Virus record (IMG/VR): IMGVR_UViG_3300009868_000001
Location: 45,067-109,066 of that record
DNA from: a virus
Lineage: Duplodnaviria > Caudoviricetes
DNA length: 64,000 nt
Strand: one strand, 5' to 3'
Made by a program: the position numbers and the translations under genes. Under the pieces are notes generated by a model, which saw only the letters and a program-made list of their open reading frames with translations, ran no database searches and had not been told where the DNA came from. This document shows positions 1-8,112 of the stretch, piece by piece. Within the stretch, counting starts at the first letter, position 1. Every line of letters begins with the position of its first letter.

Positions 1-180
1 TCGGCATTAAAAAAGGTCTCTAACCGTTCAGCAATAGAAGAGCCTATTTTAACCACAATACAAAATCCTGTTAAAAAACAGGATACGAAGGCCAGTTCAA
101 AACCTGCATCAAAGCAAGCGGTAAAATCTAAACCGGAAACGTCTGACCTTTCTAAAAATTACAAGTTTAAGAAAAAATGA
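1..180 (+). CDS. 3' end of a hypothetical protein (truncated by window edge)
   Basis: Frame 1 is open from base 1 to TGA at 178-180, which overlaps the ATG of the next gene (ATGA). Confidence 0.6.
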   Translation, partial: SALKKVSNRSAIEEPILTTIQNPVKKQDTKASSKPASKQAVKSKPETSDLSKNYKFKKK

Positions 181-1094
181 GAGTTTACACAGGCCCAGAC
201 TTCGCAACAGTCTATAAAGAATCTATAACTGACTTAATACGCTCAGGCAATGCAAATGATCCAAGGGGAACTAAAACCAAGGAGTTTTTAAACACTGCTT
301 TGGTTATGGAAAATCCTCAAGCATGTCTATATGAAAATGAGGTTAGATCATCACAAAGAAAATACGTAGCTGGAGAATTGTTATGGTATTATGCAGGACG
401 AAAGGACGTCCAGTTTATAACCAAGTTTTCTAAGTTTTGGGAAGCTCTACAAAACCCAGATGGTACTGCCAATTCAGCATATGGACACCTTATATTTAAA
501 AACGAAACAATTCACGGATTTACACAGTTTGAATGGGTAGTCAAGAGTCTGCTTAAGGACTTAAACACAAGACAGGCAGTAATGCATCTAAACCTTCCGA
601 CCCATCAATATGAGGGAAATAAGGACTTTGTATGCACAATGTATATCAATTTCCATGTTCGTGAAGGCAAGCTTCATATGTCAGTTCATATGAGAAGCAA
701 TGACGTTATCACTGGAACACCCACTGACGTTGCGTTCTTTTCAACTCTTCAGATGCAAGTTCTTTTTATGATAAATCAAGTTCACCCAGAAATTGGTTTA
801 GGAACTTATACACATATAGCAGACTCGTATCACGTATACGACAGACACTATGACCTTATTGAAAGGATGATTGAAAAACCTTTTTATCCGGTCGTTATAC
901 CATCAATTAAAAAGTCTTTGATTGCAGATGTTAGAGGAAATGCATCAGATGACATAATAAACCTGGTGAATTATGTCGAATCAGATTCTACTGATTTAAT
1001 AATATGTCAAGAAGATGATTTACTTAAATGGATAGTAGATCATGCAATATTAAAAAGAAAGCCTGTTGAAAACCCATCTGTTATAACAGCGTAA
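177..1094 (+). CDS. Thymidylate synthase-fold enzyme, dCMP hydroxymethylase-like
   Basis: NSAYG, DFVCT (catalytic Cys), MRSNDVITGTPTD and SYHVY motifs. Asp sits at the substrate-specificity position, as in T4 gp42. Confidence 0.8.
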   Translation: MRVYTGPDFATVYKESITDLIRSGNANDPRGTKTKEFLNTALVMENPQACLYENEVRSSQRKYVAGELLWYYAGRKDVQFITKFSKFWEALQNPDGTANSAYGHLIFKNETIHGFTQFEWVVKSLLKDLNTRQAVMHLNLPTHQYEGNKDFVCTMYINFHVREGKLHMSVHMRSNDVITGTPTDVAFFSTLQMQVLFMINQVHPEIGLGTYTHIADSYHVYDRHYDLIERMIEKPFYPVVIPSIKKSLIADVRGNASDDIINLVNYVESDSTDLIICQEDDLLKWIVDHAILKRKPVENPSVITA

Positions 1095-1104
1095 AAGAAT
1101 ATAG

Positions 1105-1449
1105 ATGAAAGAGATAGAAATATTCTTTGTTAAGGAACTTAAGACATATGTTGAGACACATGGAAAGAAAAAGAAGTCTGACTATATTCTCAATGTCAAT
1201 AAGCTCATTAAATCAAAGTTCAACACAGAGCTGTTTGTTTTAAACAGAGTTCAGGCATTTATCTTGAACTATGAAATATTAAGACTTGTCGATAAGGTCC
1301 TTAGTATTAAGAATCAAAAGTATAATCGAATCATTTATCTCAATTCTAACCTGACTGAATCTAAAGTCAATAATCAGATGCAGGTTTTAAGTAATCATTA
1401 TCCTGATATTCAATTTAAACCATTTTCACTATATGAGTCAGAGGAATAA
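1105..1449 (+). CDS. Hypothetical protein
   Basis: 114-aa ORF in a tightly packed operon. Confidence 0.6.
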   Translation: MKEIEIFFVKELKTYVETHGKKKKSDYILNVNKLIKSKFNTELFVLNRVQAFILNYEILRLVDKVLSIKNQKYNRIIYLNSNLTESKVNNQMQVLSNHYPDIQFKPFSLYESEE

Positions 1450-2020
1450 TCACATGATTGTAGTTAACTTTTTTGCCGGTCCTGGCACAGGCAAGTCTAC
1501 TCATGCTGCAATGCTGTTTGCAAAGTTAAAGACCCAAAACATTAATTCAGAACTTATCCAGGAATATGCCAAGGACAAGACTTGGTTGCGAGATTCTAAG
1601 ACATTAGAAGTTCAACCATATATTGCTGGGAAGCAGTTTTTCCGTCAGGCTCGTCTTCGACATGATGTCGATGTAGCAGTAACAGATTCTCCTTTACTAA
1701 TGGGTATGGCGTATTCAGGTTACGGTATCACAGACAACTTCAATGGTTGGCTCGTAGATGCTTTCAAAATGTTTAGTAACATCAATATCTTTTTGGTAAG
1801 GAATACTGAACACCATAAGTTTAACCCAGCTGGAAGGTGGCAGGACGAAAACGCAGCAATCGAAAAGGATAAAGAAATCAAGGCAATACTTGATAAGTTT
1901 AACTTTCCATATTACACTATCGAAGTAAACGAGGACTCTCACGATAGGGTGTATGAAACTGTAATTAATGACCTTAAATTTAGGGCTCCTCATTTATTTC
2001 AAAAAGAAGAAACAGTATGA
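1433..2020 (+). CDS. P-loop nucleoside/nucleotide kinase-like protein (AAA_28/NadR-like)
   Basis: Walker A GPGTGKS, plus EYAK and VTDSPL motifs. Confidence 0.7.
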   Translation: MSQRNNHMIVVNFFAGPGTGKSTHAAMLFAKLKTQNINSELIQEYAKDKTWLRDSKTLEVQPYIAGKQFFRQARLRHDVDVAVTDSPLLMGMAYSGYGITDNFNGWLVDAFKMFSNINIFLVRNTEHHKFNPAGRWQDENAAIEKDKEIKAILDKFNFPYYTIEVNEDSHDRVYETVINDLKFRAPHLFQKEETV

Positions 2021-2499
2021 ACAACTTAGTATACCTGGCTGGAGCAATAACCGGCTGTACTTATAACGAATGCACAGATTGGAGACAAAAAGTCAGAGAC
2101 GCAGTCCCATCTCATATTCAAACAATATCTCCAATGAGAGGTAAACAAAGACTTAAGGAAATCGAAGAAGGTTCCACTATTAAAATGGTCTACGAGGACA
2201 ATCCACTAACCTCGGCTAAGGGTATAAACACCAGGGACTATAACGATGTTCGTCGAGCAGACGCAATCTTTGTAAACCTTTTAGGAGCAAAGAAAGTCTC
2301 CATTGGAACTGTTATGGAGATCGCCTGGGCACGGGCATTTTCTAAGCCCGTTATATGTGTCATGGAACCGGACAATATACATCAACATACAATGCTCAAC
2401 TATGCATGTGGATACATTCTAAATGACCTAGATTCAGCCATCTCAGTATTGATAACAGTATTAAGTACAGACCGTCAATTGGAGGACCTGACAAAATAA
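2017..2499 (+). CDS. Nucleoside 2-deoxyribosyltransferase / nucleotide N-hydrolase family protein
   Basis: VYLAGAI, RD..DVRRAD and SIGTVMEIAWA (catalytic Glu) motifs. Confidence 0.8.
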   Translation: MNNLVYLAGAITGCTYNECTDWRQKVRDAVPSHIQTISPMRGKQRLKEIEEGSTIKMVYEDNPLTSAKGINTRDYNDVRRADAIFVNLLGAKKVSIGTVMEIAWARAFSKPVICVMEPDNIHQHTMLNYACGYILNDLDSAISVLITVLSTDRQLEDLTK

Positions 2500-2516
2500 T
2501 TAAAGATGTCCTAATA

Positions 2517-2783
2517 ATGTTAGGACTCACGATCCTGCAGAATGCAAGTTTTACATTAGTTGGGAGAGCCAGAAACAGTGATTCACTCTTATTTCATGCG
2601 TTAGCTGCAATTCTTTCAAATGGAATCTGGCTTCTAGTCATACGTAAGGTTGTAAGTAACTTTGACCAGCCGGTTTTAATGATAACTTACTTAATCGGTT
2701 CTGTTTCAGGTTCAGTTTCAATGCACTACATATCTATGAATTACATAGAAAAGAAATTTAAAGCAAAACAACAATCATCATGA
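2517..2783 (+). CDS. Small membrane protein
   Basis: 88 aa with 2-3 hydrophobic segments. Confidence 0.6.
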   Translation: MLGLTILQNASFTLVGRARNSDSLLFHALAAILSNGIWLLVIRKVVSNFDQPVLMITYLIGSVSGSVSMHYISMNYIEKKFKAKQQSS

Positions 2784-3103
2784 AGATAACATTATGTGGC
2801 TCTACTAAATTTAAAGAGCAATTCGAAAAAGCTAACCAAGAACTTACTTTAGGTGGAAATATTGTATATTCAGTTGCAGCCTTTGGTCATGCAGATGCCA
2901 AGAACTGGACAGAAGAACAAAAGACTACCTTAGACTTGGTACATTTTGCTAAGATTGAAGAGTCTGATGTGATTTACGTTATTGACGTAGACAATTACAT
3001 TGGATTTTCGACTGCCCGTGAGATTCAATGGGCTAAGATGAGAGGTAAGAAGATATTTTATCTTTCAGAGACTCCGCCATACAAACTAGACGCAGTCATA
3101 TAA
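2780..3103 (+). CDS. NDT-superfamily (DUF4406-like) protein
   Basis: ITLCGS, KIEESDVIYV and YIGFSTAREI motifs. Confidence 0.6.
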   Translation: MKITLCGSTKFKEQFEKANQELTLGGNIVYSVAAFGHADAKNWTEEQKTTLDLVHFAKIEESDVIYVIDVDNYIGFSTAREIQWAKMRGKKIFYLSETPPYKLDAVI

Positions 3104-3107
3104 AATT

Positions 3108-3132
3108 AAAAAGGGAGCATTTAGCTCCCTTT
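3108..3132. terminator. Bidirectional intrinsic terminator
   Basis: AAAGGGAGC/GCTCCCTTT hairpin with A and T tails between convergent genes. Confidence 0.8.
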
Positions 3133-3134
3133 CT

Positions 3135-3995
3135 TTATTTTGCTGGTTTTCCAAACGGGAAACCGCCTTTCTTTTCCTTTCCTTCTTCTGGTTTAAGTTC
3201 CTTTGGTTCCGCTCCTGGAGCGGCTCCTGTCGGAGGGGTTGTTGGTCCTGCACCTGGTGCTTTCTTAGGACGTGGCCTTCTCCTTTTCTTCTTAGGTTTT
3301 TCTGCGCCAGGCTCTCCTTCCTTCTTTTCTTTGCCTTCTTCACCCTCTTCTTCCTCTTCCTCAGGCTTAAACATCTTAGTTACGGCTGCTATTACTAGGT
3401 CTGCTGCTTCTTCCTTCTCAATTTCCATTGAGTTAACGATGTCTCCTACTAGTGTGTCTAAAGTATCGCTAAAGTTTTCAAGAACCTGATTTAGCTTTTC
3501 TTCGTCTACTTCAGGAGCTTTACCCTTTTCACTATCAAGCTTAGGAAGCTTTTCAGGTTCAAGTACATTTATAGATCCTGGAAACGGGTTGTCGCCTCCT
3601 TCCTTAGACAATTGCTGAAACTCTTCAAAAAGAGCTATCCTGCCTTCGTTTAGGAGTGTTTGTTTAATGCTCATGCTATTTGCTTTATTTTCTTTTAATT
3701 CAATTGTGCCTGTAGTAGGAATGGCATGCCTAATCTCAGACGGTTTCTTTCCAGCTTGCTTGTGAACTAAATCGCTAGTAAAAGCCTTCCACGTTGGATC
3801 GTAATTTGGGTGTTCTGTACCGTTCTCAGAAGAATGATACCTTTTCACCGTGTTCGTCCATTTTTCCAACGTCTTTCTCTTCTTCTTTGAATCCCATTCA
3901 ATAGCTTGCTTAGGCCCGCCAAAAGAAGGCTTAGACAAATCCATATACTGATCAAAGTCATACACGTCGTTTGACCTAAGATTGAATATTTCCAT
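3135..3995 (-). CDS. Hypothetical late (probable head) protein with Glu/Lys/Pro-rich tail
   Basis: ATAAATA directly upstream. Internal LLNE-GRIALFEEF motif and low-complexity C-terminus. Confidence 0.6.
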   Translation of the reverse strand: MEIFNLRSNDVYDFDQYMDLSKPSFGGPKQAIEWDSKKKRKTLEKWTNTVKRYHSSENGTEHPNYDPTWKAFTSDLVHKQAGKKPSEIRHAIPTTGTIELKENKANSMSIKQTLLNEGRIALFEEFQQLSKEGGDNPFPGSINVLEPEKLPKLDSEKGKAPEVDEEKLNQVLENFSDTLDTLVGDIVNSMEIEKEEAADLVIAAVTKMFKPEEEEEEGEEGKEKKEGEPGAEKPKKKRRRPRPKKAPGAGPTTPPTGAAPGAEPKELKPEEGKEKKGGFPFGKPAK

Positions 3996-4003
3996 AGTTA
4001 AGT

Positions 4004-4010
4004 TATTTAT
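4004..4010 (-). promoter_or_regulatory. T4-type late promoter (ATAAATA)
   Basis: The same heptamer recurs just upstream of many structural genes and matches the T4 late consensus TATAAATA. Confidence 0.6.
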
Positions 4011-4018
4011 CCCTCAGT

Positions 4019-4603
4019 TTATATTCCAATAGAACCAATACGGTCTTCGACCCATGCGTCTGCTTCAAACTGAGCGGTTAATACATAGATACCAGCTTGA
4101 CCGTCTGCCAAATAATCAAGCTTCATTTGAGTTAGCTTTCCAGTTGGCATACATGGTTTAAATCGGTATTCCCTATAGATGTCACCAATCCTATTAAAAA
4201 TGGCCACATATATTTCGCCAGTACCATAATCTCTCTTTAGACCCTGACGTCCTGTCATAGGTTCAGAAGATAGGTCAAACCATGCACGTATAGTGTTGTA
4301 AATATACATGTCGTTTGCGTCATTAAGGTTGACTTCAAACTGCACAGTAAGTATAGTAGTGGTTATTTCAGGCTTAGCTGGTGCATAGGTCCTTTCCGCA
4401 AACTTGTAATATTGTTTTACAAGCGTACCTGATGCTGAGAGCTCTGGAAGACCGTCTAAGTTCTTAATGTGTTCGACCAAAAGGTTAACACCCTGAGTAA
4501 TTGAAGGTGGTGGAGTTATCACTACCTCAAACTGGTTTAAGTATAGAGGCTCCCAAAGATTAATTGCGGCTTGAGAGTTATTCCAATGTGGTAATCCAGG
4601 CAT
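4019..4603 (-). CDS. Tail tube protein (T4 gp19-like)
   Basis: 194 aa. Has the EPLYLNQFEV N-terminal motif and the LDY...LTAQFEADAW C-terminal pattern; late promoter at 4626-4632. Confidence 0.75.
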   Translation of the reverse strand: MPGLPHWNNSQAAINLWEPLYLNQFEVVITPPPSITQGVNLLVEHIKNLDGLPELSASGTLVKQYYKFAERTYAPAKPEITTTILTVQFEVNLNDANDMYIYNTIRAWFDLSSEPMTGRQGLKRDYGTGEIYVAIFNRIGDIYREYRFKPCMPTGKLTQMKLDYLADGQAGIYVLTAQFEADAWVEDRIGSIGI

Positions 4604-4624
4604 GTGTAATTAAGTTACTTTTTC

Positions 4625-5278
4625 TTATTTATTACGAGCTTTTCTTTCTCGATCTTTAACTGCTCCTAATTCTCGTAATAAAGATGCTTTTGCGTCTGCT
4701 GGTAACTCAGACCGGTCTCTAATAAAGTCCATAAGACGACTTGACCTTCTGATTGCTGCTTCTGCTTCTCGTGAAAGACTTTCTTTACTTTGAAAAGAAA
4801 GCTCGACTGAAGGAATCACCTGCACTATTAGGTTATCCTGGCCCTGACCGAAGATGTCCAGGTTCACACGAGTTCCGTTTACTATGATTTGTATACTTGA
4901 AAGATTATCCGAACCATCCTCTGTCTTTGTGATATTATTAGACATGATGTGTTTGAAGGTAGAGAACTGTCCGCCCTCACTAACTTCATAGTCTATAAAT
5001 CTGATCTTCTCAGCATTTATAAGTATCTCATATGAGTTTACATTTGATGTTGCTTTAATCGCTCTTCCTATTTGTCTAAGAAGTCCAGATATCTGTTCAG
5101 CTGATTTATACTTTAAGTACTCAGCTTTACCTGATGCTTTAACTATATCTAAGTCTGGATAGATACGAGTCTCATGCAAGTGTACGACCTGCTCATGTTG
5201 ATTCCATTGTGGTTGTTCAACATCATCAGCTTTCCATCTTAGCTTAAAAGATATTATCGATTCAGCAATAGCACTCAT
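4625..5278 (-). CDS. Hypothetical protein
   Basis: 217-aa ORF in the structural operon. Confidence 0.6.
   Translation of the reverse strand: MSAIAESIISFKLRWKADDVEQPQWNQHEQVVHLHETRIYPDLDIVKASGKAEYLKYKSAEQISGLLRQIGRAIKATSNVNSYEILINAEKIRFIDYEVSEGGQFSTFKHIMSNNITKTEDGSDNLSSIQIIVNGTRVNLDIFGQGQDNLIVQVIPSVELSFQSKESLSREAEAAIRRSSRLMDFIRDRSELPADAKASLLRELGAVKDRERKARNK
4626..4632 (-). promoter_or_regulatory. T4-type late promoter (ATAAATA)
   Basis: Lies upstream of the tail tube gene. Confidence 0.55.
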
Positions 5279-5886
5279 TATGGAGTTTCAGGGCTCTCTC
5301 CTTGGAACAGTTTGCCCTTATTTGATTTTTTCTTCTTAGGGTCTACTGGTTTGTAGTTTGCCCAAATCTCATTATAGATTCTACATGATGCTCCCATGAA
5401 ATTGACAATTCCTATATACTTCTTACGGTCCTGTCCTTTCATCTTAGATATCTTTCTACCGATTATTGCAGCATCATCGACGTCAAGTTCGTCATCGTCA
5501 CTCTTTCCAACAAGGTCCTTAAGACTGTTTTCATAAACAGCATATTTATTAGACCATTGTCTGAATTCCATAATGGGACCAAAATTGTTTTCTTGGCTCA
5601 TCTGTCTTTCTTGATTTTTAAGCCCAGGGACATCTAGACTATATTTAGGAAGCTTTCCATATTTTGATGATAAGAAATTGTATATGCTTTCAGCCGTTGA
5701 TTCTAGGTCATCGTCATCATAAACTTCAGTCTCCACTTGACTAGGTATTGCTCCGCTTATTGGAACTAGGTTTTCATTTTGTGGAATCACACCTTCATAC
5801 CTTAGACCACCGGAAGACCTGTCATAATAGATATTGACCTTGGACTGGTTATCCAAGTCTATTACAAAATACGGTATCTCTCCCAT
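5278..5886 (-). CDS. Hypothetical protein
   Basis: 202-aa ORF in the structural operon. Confidence 0.6.
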   Translation of the reverse strand: MGEIPYFVIDLDNQSKVNIYYDRSSGGLRYEGVIPQNENLVPISGAIPSQVETEVYDDDDLESTAESIYNFLSSKYGKLPKYSLDVPGLKNQERQMSQENNFGPIMEFRQWSNKYAVYENSLKDLVGKSDDDELDVDDAAIIGRKISKMKGQDRKKYIGIVNFMGASCRIYNEIWANYKPVDPKKKKSNKGKLFQGESPETP

Positions 5887-5894
5887 TTTTATTC

Positions 5895-6260
5895 TTACTT
5901 CTTAAGGGTAGCTAAGTTAGGATTTACTTCCTTCTTGCCTGCAGCCTTTCCGCCTACTTTAAGGTCTTCTCTCTTTGGATTGACTTCCTTAGATACTTTA
6001 GAACCCTTGCCGGTGTCTAGCTTACTAAGACCTGGTTTAACTTCCTTTGAAGGTGCAGAACCTCCACGAGTCTCTATCTTAGCCATACCTGCATTAGGTG
6101 ACTTGCTGCCAGCTCCTTTGCCGCCAACTTTTAGACCAGACAGTTCAGGGTCTATTTCTTTTGTTACCTTAGAACCTTTTCCAACGTCTAACTTAGCCAA
6201 ATTTGGGTTAAGTTTTTCGTTAAGCAAAAATTCCTTATAAGATACAACTGGTTTGTTCAT
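5895..6260 (-). CDS. Basic Gly/Lys-rich repeat protein, probable head-internal protein
   Basis: N-terminal VVSYKEFLLNE, then about six 19-aa repeats. Has its own TATAAATA promoter. Confidence 0.65.
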   Translation of the reverse strand: MNKPVVSYKEFLLNEKLNPNLAKLDVGKGSKVTKEIDPELSGLKVGGKGAGSKSPNAGMAKIETRGGSAPSKEVKPGLSKLDTGKGSKVSKEVNPKREDLKVGGKAAGKKEVNPNLATLKK

Positions 6261-6281
6261 CTTTTCAAAATCTATTTTGGT

Positions 6282-6289
6282 TATTTATA
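6282..6289 (-). promoter_or_regulatory. T4-type late promoter (TATAAATA)
   Basis: Exact T4 late consensus between the capsid terminator and the next gene. Confidence 0.7.
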
Positions 6290-6311
6290 AGAGACACTAT
6301 CTCTATAAAAT

Positions 6312-6342
6312 AAAAAACCCTAAGATTTCTCTTAGGGTTTTT
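6312..6342 (-). terminator. Intrinsic terminator after major capsid gene
   Basis: AAAAACCCTAAGA/TCTTAGGGTTTTT perfect hairpin. Confidence 0.85.
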
Positions 6343-6367
6343 GTTATGTGACTTAGTCACTCAGTGC

Positions 6368-8095
6368 TTACGACTGAGGAACTAATGTGCTACCTGTTAG
6401 GATACCAAGGTTGTCAACAGTCATTGTGATGTACTGAGACTCTGGGTGCCATCCTGCTTCGGTGATTGCATACCTTGACTTCAGTGCGATGACTGGAGAC
6501 ATTGTAGACTCAGAAACAGTTTGGAAGCTTTCAGCCATGATGTAAGGCATGAACTTGATACCTGGCTCTTCGTCACCACCTTTACGACCGATGAATATAC
6601 GAGAGTCTCCCCACTTGAAGTTAGGGTCAACGTATACTTGAAGACCGTAAACCTTACCGGCTGGATACAGTTGACCTGCACCTGATGGAAGATCGTTGCT
6701 GAATGGAGCGATTGAGTAACCTTGAGCATCAGCAAGAGCAGATGCAACACGTCCGTTTGTTACAACGAAAGTACCGTTACCGAAACGACCACGGTGGTAG
6801 ATAAGGTTAGCCATTTCAAGGATCTTAGTAGCAACCCTTCTTTGTAGAGTAGTGATGTTTTCGAATCCACCAAAACCTGCTGCTAAGTTAAGGGTAGTGA
6901 TACCTGAACCTTCAACTTGACCAATCTTAGTTGTGTGAAGCTTACCAAGTTGTAAGTGTTTTACAACAAGTTGCTTGTTGATTGACTGTGCAACATCGTT
7001 AACTGCTGTGTTTTCCAACATAGAGATAACGTCATAGTTCCATACCCTGTTAAGGTCTTGGATCTGGTTGATTGTTGCAGAGATCTTTACTTGGTCGTCA
7101 ACTGCTTCGACGAACTTAGTAAACATCTTGATACCCATTGAACGGAATTTGTTCTTTTCCGCTACTTCCCTCTTCATACCAGTTGGAAGGGTTGCTTCGT
7201 CTCCGTATTCTGGAAGGAATGGACCAACAAATGGGCTTGTACCAGCTGCATAGTCGTCATCAGACATTGAGGTAAAACCAGAGATATGGTTTTCTAATGC
7301 TGAAGTAAGAGCTGCTGTGGTAGTAGTTGTGAAGTCATAATCTGCAGTAGATGCAGTAAAGGTAATTGTGTTACCGTTAGCTACATATGTTGCGATTGTG
7401 TTTGTGCTCGAAGTGTCGTTGATAACCCTTAGGATTGGGTTTGCATCCATCCTAGAGAAACCTACAAAACGTAGAGTCAAAGTCTGACCAGATACTACGA
7501 TTGTTGCTTGAACGTTGTTATCAAGATCTCCCCAAGTTGAAACACCACCACCAGTTGTTGTCATGGCAGTTGAAGGTGTAATACCTTGGATTTTGATAAG
7601 GAACGGTTCGTAGTTAGAATCCAGGTTACCACCTAAGTATACGTAATCCAGATAAGGTAAGAAACCAACTGGAGCGTCCATAGTAACGACTGGTGTAAAG
7701 TCGAATGCTATAGTCTTAGATGCAACTTGAATTGCAACTGGCATAAGGGTTGGGAACTTGTCACCAGAACCTGATGCTTTGCCTACTGGGTAGTAAGCGT
7801 TTTTAGCTGCACCACCTGCAGTGAACGGAGTCATGCTGTTGGTTGGAGCTGAGATTTGGCCGATTTGGCTGATCGATGTTGGTTGTTGGAAAAACAGACC
7901 AGGAGCACCGCTTTCAAAAAGAGCTCCATACAGTTGTTGTGGAGTTGCAGTTTGATCGAACATCGCGTGATAGTGGCAGTAATCTGACAACCAAGGTCTT
8001 GCTTCCACGTTACCACCATGTGCTTCTACGATAGGCTTCCACGTTTCGTTGATAACGTTATCGTTAAGCCTCTTGAAAATTTTTAATGATGCCAT
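6368..8095 (-). CDS. Major capsid protein (T4 gp23-like)
   Basis: ETWKPIVE N-terminus and RGRFGNGTFVV, VYVDP, FMPY and KSRYA motifs; next to the prohead protease. Confidence 0.9.
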   Translation of the reverse strand: MASLKIFKRLNDNVINETWKPIVEAHGGNVEARPWLSDYCHYHAMFDQTATPQQLYGALFESGAPGLFFQQPTSISQIGQISAPTNSMTPFTAGGAAKNAYYPVGKASGSGDKFPTLMPVAIQVASKTIAFDFTPVVTMDAPVGFLPYLDYVYLGGNLDSNYEPFLIKIQGITPSTAMTTTGGGVSTWGDLDNNVQATIVVSGQTLTLRFVGFSRMDANPILRVINDTSSTNTIATYVANGNTITFTASTADYDFTTTTTAALTSALENHISGFTSMSDDDYAAGTSPFVGPFLPEYGDEATLPTGMKREVAEKNKFRSMGIKMFTKFVEAVDDQVKISATINQIQDLNRVWNYDVISMLENTAVNDVAQSINKQLVVKHLQLGKLHTTKIGQVEGSGITTLNLAAGFGGFENITTLQRRVATKILEMANLIYHRGRFGNGTFVVTNGRVASALADAQGYSIAPFSNDLPSGAGQLYPAGKVYGLQVYVDPNFKWGDSRIFIGRKGGDEEPGIKFMPYIMAESFQTVSESTMSPVIALKSRYAITEAGWHPESQYITMTVDNLGILTGSTLVPQS

Positions 8096-8112
8096 TTTTA
8101 AAATGGATTTTT

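Noticed and set aside
177-1094. Calling the gene thyA
   Set aside because: It has Asp rather than Asn at the specificity position and lacks the PCH motif, so the symbol was withheld.
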